Shown here one piece after another: positions 54,139-63,635 of a stretch of 64,000 nt of DNA. Every line of letters begins with the position of its first letter. Positions within the stretch are counted from its first letter, which is position 1. The position numbers were made by a program, and so were the translations under genes. The DNA comes from Bacteroidaceae bacterium (GTDB lineage: Bacteria > Bacteroidota > Bacteroidia > Bacteroidales > Bacteroidaceae): positions 1,373 through 65,372 of the forward strand of contig JAZLBF010000035.1 in the NCBI GenBank assembly GCA_045613565.1. Reading direction: 5' to 3'. The notes beneath the pieces are model-generated. The model did no database searches. It was given only the letters and a program-made list of their open reading frames with translations, and was not told the origin of the DNA.

Positions 54139-57100
54139 TTACTTCACGACAACCTTTTCACCATCTACAATGTACATACCTGCAGGTAGACCCTTGATAG
54201 ATGCACCTACATACTGACCTGATAGAGTATAAACACCCTTCATGCCTGCGGTGATTACTTCACTCTGCTCTACATCCTCAATACCTGTGATAACAGCATC
54301 TGCCTGCTTCTCACCTAGATACAATGAGAATACGCCCAATGACAAGCCCCAAGAGTCACCATCAGGACCGAAACCAGAGCGAATACCATCGTTACCATTA
54401 CCAGAACGGTCAATTACATTACCACCAGTCTGGTCAAAGTCGTAGTAAACTACTAGGCCGTTATCCTTAACATGGTCAGCAATACCAGTCAAGTGCTGGT
54501 TGCAAGTAGCAGAAGCACCAGAAACGCCAGAATAAGCAGATGTCCAGAAGCGGAACTCATCGATAGCACCATTCATTGGTGCACCCTGACCCATGGTGAT
54601 TGATGCAAGTGATTCGATAGCATCCTTATTGACATCAGTATTGATGGTAGTAAATCTCTCTGCATTGCGGAAGAATACCAATGTACCAGCAGTGTTACGA
54701 CGAACAGCATAGTGGTTCCACTCGCCAGAGATAACATAGTTTTCAGGAGTTGTAACAGTAAGGCCATTGATAGTTACGCTCATAGCGCCACGCTCCTCTA
54801 CCTTGAATTGCAACTTGCCCTCGGCATCACCAATACCCCAACATTCATTGTCAATAGAAGAGGGATTAGCCCAGAACTCGATAGTGAAGGCTGTAAGAGT
54901 CTCACCAATGGGCACCTCTACCTTAGAAGTAGACTTAGAGAATGAAAGACCATTCTTAGAGTCGTCGTTGAGAACTGTTAGCACGGCATTCTTTGTAATG
55001 CTGTTTGAACCAAGGCTATTGCTTGCCTTCAAAGTAATATCGTACTTGCCAGGATAAGTGGGCTTCCAGAACTGTTCAGCATTACCATCTGTGATAGTAA
55101 CCTTCTGAGCCTTGCCTTCCAATACCCACTCAAAGTCAGTAGCACCATAGCGTGAAGTGCTCATAAACTCTGTGTAAGAACCCTTAATAACGAAAGGCTT
55201 GATAACATTGAAGTCTGCCTTAGGAGCTACGCTAGTAGTAGTAACAGTATCTGAGCTCTCAGCTGTGCGACCATCAGCACCTGTAACCTTTAGAGTGATG
55301 ACATACTCACCTGGAGCCTCATAGCTTGCTGCTGCCTTAGCACCATATGCCTTTTCCTCGTCTGCACCTGGCATTATCCACTCATAGCTACAAGCATCTG
55401 CATAATTATTAACATTCAAACTAACATTGTCACCACAGGGCAACAAATCAGTGCTCATAGTGAATGATGCATCAAGAGCAGGAGCAGAAGTAACCTCTAC
55501 CTGGATGGTGTCAGTATATTCCTTACCCTTATAGTTGATACCAAGTACGCTAACTTCGTATGTACCTACTTCGTCAAATACAACGGTGGGAGAAATCAAA
55601 CGCTTGCCCTCGATACCGCATGCGGGGATGCTCCAAGAGAGGTCGTTGATAGCATCGGTATAAGTAGCTCTTAGAGTAACAGGCACACCAGCGTAAACAT
55701 TCTCTACTGGATCGATAGTAACCTTAGAGGTTAGGTTGGTCTCTACTAGTGCTAGAGAAGGAGTAACCTGAGGATTAGCAGATACGTTATTGATTACGGC
55801 ATGGTTGCCAGCAATACAATCGCGCATATAGAACTTGCCATCAGCACCTTCAAATACATCACCCTTATAGTAAGCCAAAAGACCCTGAGGCATTACATTA
55901 CCAAAGAACTCCTGACGGCGTACCTTGATAGAAGAACCCTTAATCTGAGCCTCTGTACGAGCGTGGTCCCAAATACGGATTTCGTCATACTTAGCATTCT
56001 GTCCATTGCTACCAGATGAGGTGAATACGAAGTCACCAAAACCACCAATACCGCTATAGTTCTGAGTAGAAACAGAAGCATCCTTAACAGCATTGCGATA
56101 TAGAGTCATCTTGCCACCCTGAATCACTAGGGCAATGTGGTGCCATGTGCCAGGAGTGAAGGCAGAATTACTATTAGCACGAGCGCTAGTATCCCAACCA
56201 TAAGTGAAGCGACCATCAGCATTGAAGTGGTGCATATATGTACCCCAACCTGGACCTGCTGCATTGTTATAATTCTTGAACTGACTAGGATTAATCCAGA
56301 ACTCGATGGTGCAATCCTTATAGTGATTCTGGAAGACATTGGGGATAGTGAAACCAGCGTTCTCAACCTCCATTGCAACCTCATTCTGCTTAACGGCAGA
56401 GGTGCAGATTACCTTAGAGCTCTCTGTGCCATTCTCGTACACGGCTGTTACGGCAAATTCATCGGCAGCCTCGATGCTATAACTGGTTTCCTTAGTGTTG
56501 CCCACTAGCACACCATCCTTATATATATTATATGAAGCCACGGTGTAGCTACACTTGCTGGGCACGTTCCATGACAATACTCCATCAGCATAAGACAAGT
56601 TATTGACGGGCTCATAACCTGGACCATAAACGATGGCGCTAATCATTAGCTTCTTACCTTCCTTGGTGATTTCGAAAGTCTCACCACCTAGATCAAACTG
56701 GCTCTCAATGCCACTAAGATTGTTTTCTAGGTCAAGAATGCTAGCTTCGTAGATACTACCCATACCCTTGCTAGTAGCATTCTTACGATTGATAATGAAG
56801 AAATACTTTAGAGGCTTATTTTGGTCGAAACCTGCGCTGAAGTCAGTTACGTCATAGCAGAACTCCATAGGCTCCTCGTGCCACTTGCCATTCCATCTAC
56901 CCAACATAGGGATTGCAGGAACTGGATTAGCATTACCATTTGCGCCATCACCAGCATAGCGGAAGTGGTGCATATCCATTACGCTCTCAGGCTCAGTAGC
57001 ATTGAGGTCAGAGCTAATACCAACCTGAAGAAGCATTTCGCTTCGGTGGGTGTAATCCATCTTAAGCTTGATGACACGAGTGGGGCGGAAGTTCTTACGA

Positions 57101-58113
57101 GCGTGATAAAGCTCACCACTCCAGTAACCACTTGTCATAGCACCAGTCTTCTGGTCGCTGACGGGACCTGCATACTTGTAAGGACAATAGATGAAACCAT
57201 CGTTACACCAATCACCCCAGCTGTTTACGATAATCCAAGCACCTTTCTCGTCCTTAGACACCTCACCAGCTACACCATTGCCGTCAAGGTCAAACTCGAT
57301 ACGGTCGTCCCAACCTACCATAGTAACGGCGTGGTCCACCTGAGTACCCCAACGATGTACGTAGTACTTGCCATTCACACCAGCTGCCTTGTTGGCCTCT
57401 GTGTAAGGAATCTCATGCCATACACCACCTGATGCTACACCAAGACCAATAAGACCACCAGCCTTGAAATCACCATCACCAGCATGATTGTAAAGCCAAG
57501 CCTTAGCTGCTAGACGGCCTTCCTTAGTGTCAACGGTCAAGGGGTTAGATGTGGGGCGAAGCATACGATTGCCAATGGCATTCATCCACTTGTCATAACC
57601 GGTCATCCAACCAAAGTCATTGTTGGTTTCCTCCTGATAGCCAAACAAAGAGCTATAGGTGCGACCACCATAGGTAACAACATTGGGTACACCAACATAC
57701 TCTACGAATGCATCCTTGCCTGAGTTACCATTAGTAAGCAACCACACAAAGTGTGAAGGATACTGGTTTTCGGGCAAACTTGCATCTAAGTCGCGCAATG
57801 CATTGATTTCGTGAGTAAACATATAGCAGATACGGCTAGCGCTACCACAAGAACCACCATCCTGATTGAATACAGGGGGGAAATACTTGGTATCTGCATT
57901 GTTCCAATATTCGGGCAACTTAGTTGTAGAGGCAGCACGTGACTCTGCTTCACCCTCCTGGGGAACAAATTTCATTAGGCGAGGTTCCGATGGATATGCC
58001 TTCCGGGGGTCAACATAATCAGGATACTTCTCGCGATTCACAGGTACATCCTGTGCGTACGAACTTGCTGCTATCGCGCAACAAGCCAACATACATAGCG
58101 TAAGTTTTCTCAT
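54139..58113 (-). CDS. 1324-aa T9SS-secreted protein: N-terminal papain-like (C1-type) peptidase, PKD-like and LamG/ConA-like domains, C-terminal T9SS sorting domain
   Basis: Signal peptide. Cys motif GGSCGSASRICY, His motif DHAVTMVGWDD and NSWGDWCNDGFIY (compare papain NSWG..WG..GY). LamG-like segments (…IEFWINPS…, …IEFWANPS…, DE(I/F)R(I/F)W). C-terminal …GVYTLSGQYVG…LPAGMYIVDGEKVVVK. Confidence 0.75.
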   Translation of the reverse strand: MRKLTLCMLACCAIAASSYAQDVPVNREKYPDYVDPRKAYPSEPRLMKFVPQEGEAESRAASTTKLPEYWNNADTKYFPPVFNQDGGSCGSASRICYMFTHEINALRDLDASLPENQYPSHFVWLLTNGNSGKDAFVEYVGVPNVVTYGGRTYSSLFGYQEETNNDFGWMTGYDKWMNAIGNRMLRPTSNPLTVDTKEGRLAAKAWLYNHAGDGDFKAGGLIGLGVASGGVWHEIPYTEANKAAGVNGKYYVHRWGTQVDHAVTMVGWDDRIEFDLDGNGVAGEVSKDEKGAWIIVNSWGDWCNDGFIYCPYKYAGPVSDQKTGAMTSGYWSGELYHARKNFRPTRVIKLKMDYTHRSEMLLQVGISSDLNATEPESVMDMHHFRYAGDGANGNANPVPAIPMLGRWNGKWHEEPMEFCYDVTDFSAGFDQNKPLKYFFIINRKNATSKGMGSIYEASILDLENNLSGIESQFDLGGETFEITKEGKKLMISAIVYGPGYEPVNNLSYADGVLSWNVPSKCSYTVASYNIYKDGVLVGNTKETSYSIEAADEFAVTAVYENGTESSKVICTSAVKQNEVAMEVENAGFTIPNVFQNHYKDCTIEFWINPSQFKNYNNAAGPGWGTYMHHFNADGRFTYGWDTSARANSNSAFTPGTWHHIALVIQGGKMTLYRNAVKDASVSTQNYSGIGGFGDFVFTSSGSNGQNAKYDEIRIWDHARTEAQIKGSSIKVRRQEFFGNVMPQGLLAYYKGDVFEGADGKFYMRDCIAGNHAVINNVSANPQVTPSLALVETNLTSKVTIDPVENVYAGVPVTLRATYTDAINDLSWSIPACGIEGKRLISPTVVFDEVGTYEVSVLGINYKGKEYTDTIQVEVTSAPALDASFTMSTDLLPCGDNVSLNVNNYADACSYEWIMPGADEEKAYGAKAAASYEAPGEYVITLKVTGADGRTAESSDTVTTTSVAPKADFNVIKPFVIKGSYTEFMSTSRYGATDFEWVLEGKAQKVTITDGNAEQFWKPTYPGKYDITLKASNSLGSNSITKNAVLTVLNDDSKNGLSFSKSTSKVEVPIGETLTAFTIEFWANPSSIDNECWGIGDAEGKLQFKVEERGAMSVTINGLTVTTPENYVISGEWNHYAVRRNTAGTLVFFRNAERFTTINTDVNKDAIESLASITMGQGAPMNGAIDEFRFWTSAYSGVSGASATCNQHLTGIADHVKDNGLVVYYDFDQTGGNVIDRSGNGNDGIRSGFGPDGDSWGLSLGVFSLYLGEKQADAVITGIEDVEQSEVITAGMKGVYTLSGQYVGASIKGLPAGMYIVDGEKVVVK

Positions 58114-58294
58114 AGATTGCTTTTTAGTTTTGGTTATTTTTATTGCTTAGTATTCGAAAATCGATACAAATTTAGAAAAATTAAAGTAATTACAAATCAA
58201 TTATACATTTTTTAACATATTATTACCCTTGTTTGTAAGTTCTATATTGCAGATAGGGTATCTTATAGTTCATCTACTCGGAAAAATTCATAAC

Positions 58295-58478
58295 AAATTT
58301 GGTATTTCGCTCACTTAGTCGTAACTTTGACTCACATCGAAGTTACTCACGCTCGGAAATACTCAAATAAATTTGGTATTTCGCTCACTTAGTCGATCTT
58401 TGACTTACGTCGAAGTTACTCACGCTCGGAAATACTCAAATAAATTTGGTATTTCGCTCACTTAGTCGTAACTTTGCA
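58295..58478. repeat. 74-bp tandem repeat, about 2.5 copies, with nested hairpins; carries a TAACTTTG promoter box
   Basis: Unit starts (AAATTTGG) are at 58295, 58369 and 58442. Inner stem GTAACTT…AAGTTAC and outer stem GTATTTC…GAAATAC. The last copy places TAACTTTG (58469-58476) 16 nt upstream of the queA ATG. Confidence 0.9.
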
Positions 58479-58491
58479 CCCAAATTTAGAG

Positions 58492-59733
58492 ATGATGGAG
58501 CCCAAGCACATACAAATCAAGGATTACAACTATCCTTTGCCTGACGAAAGAATAGCAAAATTCCCTCTTGCGGAGCGAGATACAAGCAAACTATTGGTGT
58601 ATCAACAGGGCAACATCAGCCAGGACCTTTTCCGTAGCCTTCCCAATTATCTGTCTCAGGGTGCTTTGATGATTTTCAACAACACCCGAGTGGTAAGAGC
58701 ACGTCTGCACTTCAGGAAGGCGGCTCCCAACGTGGGAGAGCACTTCGGAGAAAAAGTTTTAGGCGCCCTGATTGAGATTTTCATTTTAGAACCTTCGGCA
58801 CCCATAGAGTATCAAGAGAACTTCCTCTGCCGTGGCAAGTGCTCGTGGTATTGCATGGTGGGCAATCTAAAGAAGTGGAAAGCTGGCTCTCTGCATCAAT
58901 CCATCACCATTGGCGAGGATACCATCACCCTCTCTGCTACTCGCCTGGGCACTCATGGCACTAGCCACGAGATAGAATTCTCATGGAATAGTAATCACAC
59001 ATGGGCTGAGGTGCTAGAGGCTACTGGCGAACTGCCCATACCTCCATATCTCAATAGAAATACCGAGCAGAGCGACTTGACCACCTACCAAACCGTTTAT
59101 TCCAAGATTAAAGGTAGCGTGGCGGCTCCCACCGCTGGTCTTCATTTCACTCCCGAGGTGCTTGCATCGCTTGATGCTCATGGCATTGACCGCGAGGAGG
59201 TGACTCTGCACGTGGGTGCTGGTACCTTCAAACCCGTCAAGAGCGAAGAGATTGGCGACCACGATATGCACACGGAGCATATTGCCGTGAGACGTGAGAC
59301 GATAGAAAAACTCATCCGATACGAGGGTAAAGCCATTGCCGTAGGTACCACCAGTGTGCGTACTCTAGAGAGCCTCTATTATATGGGTATTCTGGCCATG
59401 CAGGGCAAGGAAGACTTGCACGTGGAGCAATGGATGCCTTACGAGAATGACACCAAGGATATAAGCACTTGCCAGGCTCTGCAAGCATTGCTCAATTATA
59501 TGATAGAGCGCCATCTTGATGTCCTTCACTCGTCCACTCAGATTATCATCGCTCCCGGATACGATTTCCACATCGTAAAGGTAATGATAACCAACTTCCA
59601 CCAGCCTCAAAGTACTCTCCTACTTCTAGTGAGCGCCTTTGTCAAGGGCGATTGGCATAGCATCTACGATTATGCCCTGGCCAATGACTTCCGCTTCCTT
59701 TCATACGGAGATAGTAGCATCCTCATTCCATAA
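58492..59733 (+). CDS. queA: S-adenosylmethionine:tRNA ribosyltransferase-isomerase
   Basis: …DYNYPLPDERIA…, TAGLHFT and VGTTSVRTLES motifs. The ATG at 58492 is preferred to the upstream TTG at 58474. Confidence 0.9.
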   Translation: MMEPKHIQIKDYNYPLPDERIAKFPLAERDTSKLLVYQQGNISQDLFRSLPNYLSQGALMIFNNTRVVRARLHFRKAAPNVGEHFGEKVLGALIEIFILEPSAPIEYQENFLCRGKCSWYCMVGNLKKWKAGSLHQSITIGEDTITLSATRLGTHGTSHEIEFSWNSNHTWAEVLEATGELPIPPYLNRNTEQSDLTTYQTVYSKIKGSVAAPTAGLHFTPEVLASLDAHGIDREEVTLHVGAGTFKPVKSEEIGDHDMHTEHIAVRRETIEKLIRYEGKAIAVGTTSVRTLESLYYMGILAMQGKEDLHVEQWMPYENDTKDISTCQALQALLNYMIERHLDVLHSSTQIIIAPGYDFHIVKVMITNFHQPQSTLLLLVSAFVKGDWHSIYDYALANDFRFLSYGDSSILIP

Positions 59734-59757
59734 CCCCAATCATTACTCTCCTCTCTT

Positions 59758-60276
59758 ATGGCTATCATGCAAGACAATAAAGAAGAACTGCTACCCATCG
59801 TAGACATCGATGGCAATATCATAGGCACGGCCACACGTGGTGAGTGCCACAATGGTTCCAACCTGCTCCACCCCGTGGTGCACCTGCATGTCTTCAATGC
59901 TCAGGGCGAGCTATACTTGCAAAAGCGTCCCACATGGAAGGACATACAACCAGGCAAATGGGACACCGCCGTGGGCGGACATGTGGATTTTGGAGAAAAC
60001 ATCTATGCGGCTCTTATGCGCGAAGCTCGAGAAGAGTTGGGCATTGATGCCAAGGATGCAGAGTTGATAGACAAGTACGAATTTACCTCCGACCGCGAAC
60101 ACGAACTGATTTTTGCCCACAAGATTACCTGCACCTCTGATATCGCTCCTAGCGCAGAGACTGATGGTGGCAAGTTCTGGGCCATGCAAGAAATCAGAGA
60201 TGCTATCGGTAAGGACATCCTGACACCCAACTTTGAGCAAGAATTTATCCGCCTCTTCTCCGAGCAGGAACAATAA
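59758..60276 (+). CDS. Nudix hydrolase
   Basis: Nudix box GGHVDFGENIYAALMREAREELGI (GX5EX7REUXEEXGU). Confidence 0.85.
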   Translation: MAIMQDNKEELLPIVDIDGNIIGTATRGECHNGSNLLHPVVHLHVFNAQGELYLQKRPTWKDIQPGKWDTAVGGHVDFGENIYAALMREAREELGIDAKDAELIDKYEFTSDREHELIFAHKITCTSDIAPSAETDGGKFWAMQEIRDAIGKDILTPNFEQEFIRLFSEQEQ

Positions 60277-60339
60277 AATACTAACACAAATATACACATA
60301 CACATATACTAACCTAAAACATTAACATTTTTATTACTG

Positions 60340-61617
60340 ATGAAAAAGAATCTAGAAACAATTTGCATACATGGTGGTTGGAAGGCTACCAAGGGCGAGC
60401 CTCAGCAGTTGCCCATCTACCAGAGTACCACATTCCGCTACGAAACTAGCGACCAGATGGCCAAGCTCTTCGACCTTGAGGAGAGCGGTTATTTCTACAC
60501 CCGTTTGGCTAACCCCACTAACGATGCAGTAGCCAAGAAGATTGCTGCCCTCGAGGGTGGTATCGGTGCCGTACTCACCTCTTCTGGTCAGGCGGCCAAC
60601 TTCTACGCCATCTTCAACATCTGTCAGGCTGGTGACCATTTCATCACCTCTAATAATATATATGGTGGAACCTTCAACCTCTTTGGTGTTACCTTAAAGA
60701 AGTTGGGCATCGAGTGTACCTTCGTTGACCAGGATTGGGATGACGAGCGCATCGAGGCTGAGTTCCGTCCCAATACCAAGTGCTTCTTTGGCGAAACCAT
60801 CAGCAACCCCGGTGGTCGTGTATTCGACATTGAGCGCTTTGCCAAGATGGCTCACAAGCACGGTGTGCCCCTAATTGTGGACAATACCTTTGCTACCCCC
60901 ATCAATTGTCGTCCCTTCGAGTGGGGTGCAGACATCGTTACACACTCTACAACCAAGTACATGGATGGCCATGCTAGCCAGGTGGGCGGTTGCGTAGTGG
61001 ATAGTGGCAACTTTGATTGGGAGAGCCAGCACGATAAGTTCACCTGCCTCACCGAGCCCGACGATAGTTATCATGGTCTCACCTATACCACCGCCTTTGG
61101 CAATATGTCATACATTACCAAGATGGTGGTTCAGCTCATGCGCGACCTTGGTAGCATCCCTGCTCCTCAGAATTCCTTCTTGCTCAACCTTGGCCTTGAA
61201 ACCCTAGCACTTCGTATGCGCCAGCATTGTGCTAATGCCACAAAGGTAGCAGAATGGTTGGAGAAGAACGAGAAAGTAGGTTGGGTCAACTATGCCACCC
61301 TACCCTCTAGCCCCGACTATGCCTTGGCTCAGAAGTACCTTCCCAATGGTGCTTGTGGCGTAATTGCCTTTGGCTTGAATGGTAGCCGCGAAGAGGCTAT
61401 CCGCTTCATGGACAACCTAGAATTCATCTCCATCGTTACCCACGTGGCAGATGCTCGCACCTGCGTATTGCACCCTGCTAGCCACACACACCGCCAGTTG
61501 ACCGAAGAACAGTTGCGCGAGGCTGGCATCTCTCCCGACCTCGTACGCCTATCTGTAGGTATCGAGAACGTGGACGATATCATTGCCGACCTACAGCAGG
61601 CAATGGACAAGATGTAA
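60340..61617 (+). CDS. O-acetylhomoserine aminocarboxypropyltransferase/sulfhydrylase (Cys/Met-metabolism PLP enzyme)
   Basis: …YTRLANPTN…, PLP-lysine motif HSTTKYMDGH, and 425-aa length typical of MetY-type enzymes. Confidence 0.85.
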   Translation: MKKNLETICIHGGWKATKGEPQQLPIYQSTTFRYETSDQMAKLFDLEESGYFYTRLANPTNDAVAKKIAALEGGIGAVLTSSGQAANFYAIFNICQAGDHFITSNNIYGGTFNLFGVTLKKLGIECTFVDQDWDDERIEAEFRPNTKCFFGETISNPGGRVFDIERFAKMAHKHGVPLIVDNTFATPINCRPFEWGADIVTHSTTKYMDGHASQVGGCVVDSGNFDWESQHDKFTCLTEPDDSYHGLTYTTAFGNMSYITKMVVQLMRDLGSIPAPQNSFLLNLGLETLALRMRQHCANATKVAEWLEKNEKVGWVNYATLPSSPDYALAQKYLPNGACGVIAFGLNGSREEAIRFMDNLEFISIVTHVADARTCVLHPASHTHRQLTEEQLREAGISPDLVRLSVGIENVDDIIADLQQAMDKM

Positions 61618-61645
61618 CCATAGGACAAACTATCATGCGGGTGCT

Positions 61646-61722
61646 CGAAAACGGAAAGCGGAGAACGGAAAACGGAAAACTGAGAACGGAAAACGGAAAA
61701 CGGAAAACGAAAAACGAAAAAC
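61646..61722. repeat. Heptanucleotide repeat (CGGAAAA)n, about 11 units with variants, plus an isolated copy at 61749-61761
   Basis: Read directly: CGAAAA CGGAAAG CGGAGAA CGGAAAA CGGAAAA CTGAGAA CGGAAAA CGGAAAA CGGAAAA CGAAAAA CGAAAAA. Confidence 0.9.
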
Positions 61723-61820
61723 TGCGAGAGCAGATTCGACGAAGTCAAAACGGAAAACTCTGAAGCGCCCGCCTCACCTGTTACGAGGATATATAGTAAC
61801 CCTAAAATACACAAAAAGTT

Positions 61821-63329
61821 ATGTTTCACAAATTTCATGGATTCCATCTCATTGAGGAACTTCACAAGAGCAACCTTGAGAGGGCAGCAAAGCGCCTCAA
61901 TAGCAAGGTAATCAAGATTCTGTTGGCCATAGCCGTGACACTAACCATCTGGTTGTTGCCCGCCGAATCATTTGGTATGGCCAATCTCACTGCAGTAGAG
62001 CAGCGCATCATTGGCATCTTCGTCTTTGCCACCGTGATGTGGATTATGGAGGCCATCCCTGCATGGACCACCTCGCTCATTGCCGTGGTATTGCTTCTGT
62101 TCATGGTATCAACCAGCGCACTGAAGCCCTTCGTCGAAGGCTACGAGACCGAGCAACTAGGCACTATCCTCAAGTACGAGGACATCCTTCATTGCTTTGC
62201 AGACCCCATCATCATGCTCTTCATCGGTGGTTTCATCCTAGCTATTGCTGCTACCAAGTACGGCCTTGATGCTACCATCGCTCGCGTACTGCTCAAGCCC
62301 TTTGGAACCCAATCACGCTTCGTGATGCTAGGCTTCATCATGGTAACTGGCCTATTCTCTATGTTCGTCAGCAACACCGCCACCGCAGCTATGATGCTAG
62401 CTTTCCTAGCACCCGTATTGAAGGCACTCCCCGCTGACGGCAAGGGCAAGATTGGTCTTGCACTCTCTATCCCCGTAGCAGCAAACATTGGTGGTATGGC
62501 CACTCCCATCGGTACACCTCCAAATGGTATCGTATTGAAGTACTTGAATGACCCCGCAGGTATGAACTTGAACATCGGTTTTGGCGACTGGACAGCATTC
62601 ATGTTCCCCCTCACCATCGTACTTCTATTCCTCTCATGGGTTATCCTACTGAAGATGTTCCCCTTCAAGCAGAAGACCATCAACCTAGAGATTCCCGACA
62701 ATTCTCAGAAGAGCTGGCGCACCACATTGGTATATATCACCTTCTTTGCCACCATCCTCATGTGGATGTTCGACAAGTACCTCGGTGTTAAGACCAATGC
62801 AGTAGCCATGTTCCCCGTAGCAGTATTCTGTGCCACAGGTATCATAGACCGTCGCGACCTAGAGCAAATCAACTGGAGCGTACTCTGGATGGTAGCAGGT
62901 GGTTTCGCACTAGGTGTAGCCCTCAACAAGTCAGGTTTGGCTTCACACATGATTGACGCCATCCCCTTCAACACATGGTCACCCCTATTGGTAATCATTG
63001 GTTCAGGTCTCGTATGCTATGCTATGAGCAACTTCATCTCGCACACCGCTACAGCAGCTCTCCTTGTGCCCATCTTGGCGGTAGTAGGTTTGAGTATGAC
63101 CAACGAGTTGGCAGGTGTAGGTGGAGTATCTACCCTACTCATCGGTGTAGCGCTATGCTCATCAGTAGCAATGGTACTTCCCATCAGTACTCCTCCCAAT
63201 GCCTTGGCACACGCCACTGGCCTCATCGAGCAGAAGAGCATGATGAAGGTAGGCCTCATCCTAGGCTTCCTCAGCATGGCCATCGGCTATGTACTACTCA
63301 TTTTCTTGGGTAGCAACGGAATGATTTAA
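61821..63329 (+). CDS. SLC13/DASS-family anion:Na+ symporter
   Basis: Duplicated hairpin motifs FVSNTATAAMMLAF and ISHTATAALLVPI, plus PIGTPPN and ISTPPN. The start codon is uncertain (61821 or downstream). Confidence 0.85.
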   Translation: MFHKFHGFHLIEELHKSNLERAAKRLNSKVIKILLAIAVTLTIWLLPAESFGMANLTAVEQRIIGIFVFATVMWIMEAIPAWTTSLIAVVLLLFMVSTSALKPFVEGYETEQLGTILKYEDILHCFADPIIMLFIGGFILAIAATKYGLDATIARVLLKPFGTQSRFVMLGFIMVTGLFSMFVSNTATAAMMLAFLAPVLKALPADGKGKIGLALSIPVAANIGGMATPIGTPPNGIVLKYLNDPAGMNLNIGFGDWTAFMFPLTIVLLFLSWVILLKMFPFKQKTINLEIPDNSQKSWRTTLVYITFFATILMWMFDKYLGVKTNAVAMFPVAVFCATGIIDRRDLEQINWSVLWMVAGGFALGVALNKSGLASHMIDAIPFNTWSPLLVIIGSGLVCYAMSNFISHTATAALLVPILAVVGLSMTNELAGVGGVSTLLIGVALCSSVAMVLPISTPPNALAHATGLIEQKSMMKVGLILGFLSMAIGYVLLIFLGSNGMI

Positions 63330-63355
63330 AAAATAGTACAGATAATACTAAGTAA

Positions 63356-63395
63356 AGCGCCAGCCTAGTGTAATGCTAAGCTGGCGCTGTTTTTG
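63356..63395 (+). terminator. Intrinsic terminator AGCGCCAGCCTAG-n7-CTAAGCTGGCGCT followed by GTTTTTG
   Basis: 13-bp stem (one mismatch) plus T-run. The stem sequence is nearly identical to the hairpin at 7155-7183. Confidence 0.75.
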
Positions 63396-63604
63396 TGAAC
63401 CCATTAGACTGACTATCTGAATATACGTTTGTAATACTACAACGAGAGGTTTATTAATCTATAAACAATGGAGGAGTAATATCTTGTGATGAACAAATGA
63501 GCGGGGAGCAACAATCTACCAGCAGAAGTCAAGAGTTTTCACAACTCTTTGCATGTATGTATAGCTTTTATTAAAATAGGTGAATGATTAGACAATATTT
63601 TTTG

Positions 63605-63612
63605 TATATTTG
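63605..63612 (+). promoter_or_regulatory. -7 promoter box TATATTTG (GTATATTTGC)
   Basis: TAnnTTTG match 24 nt upstream of the ATG at 63636. Confidence 0.45.
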
Positions 63613-63635
63613 CGCTCTCATTTAAACAAAATATT

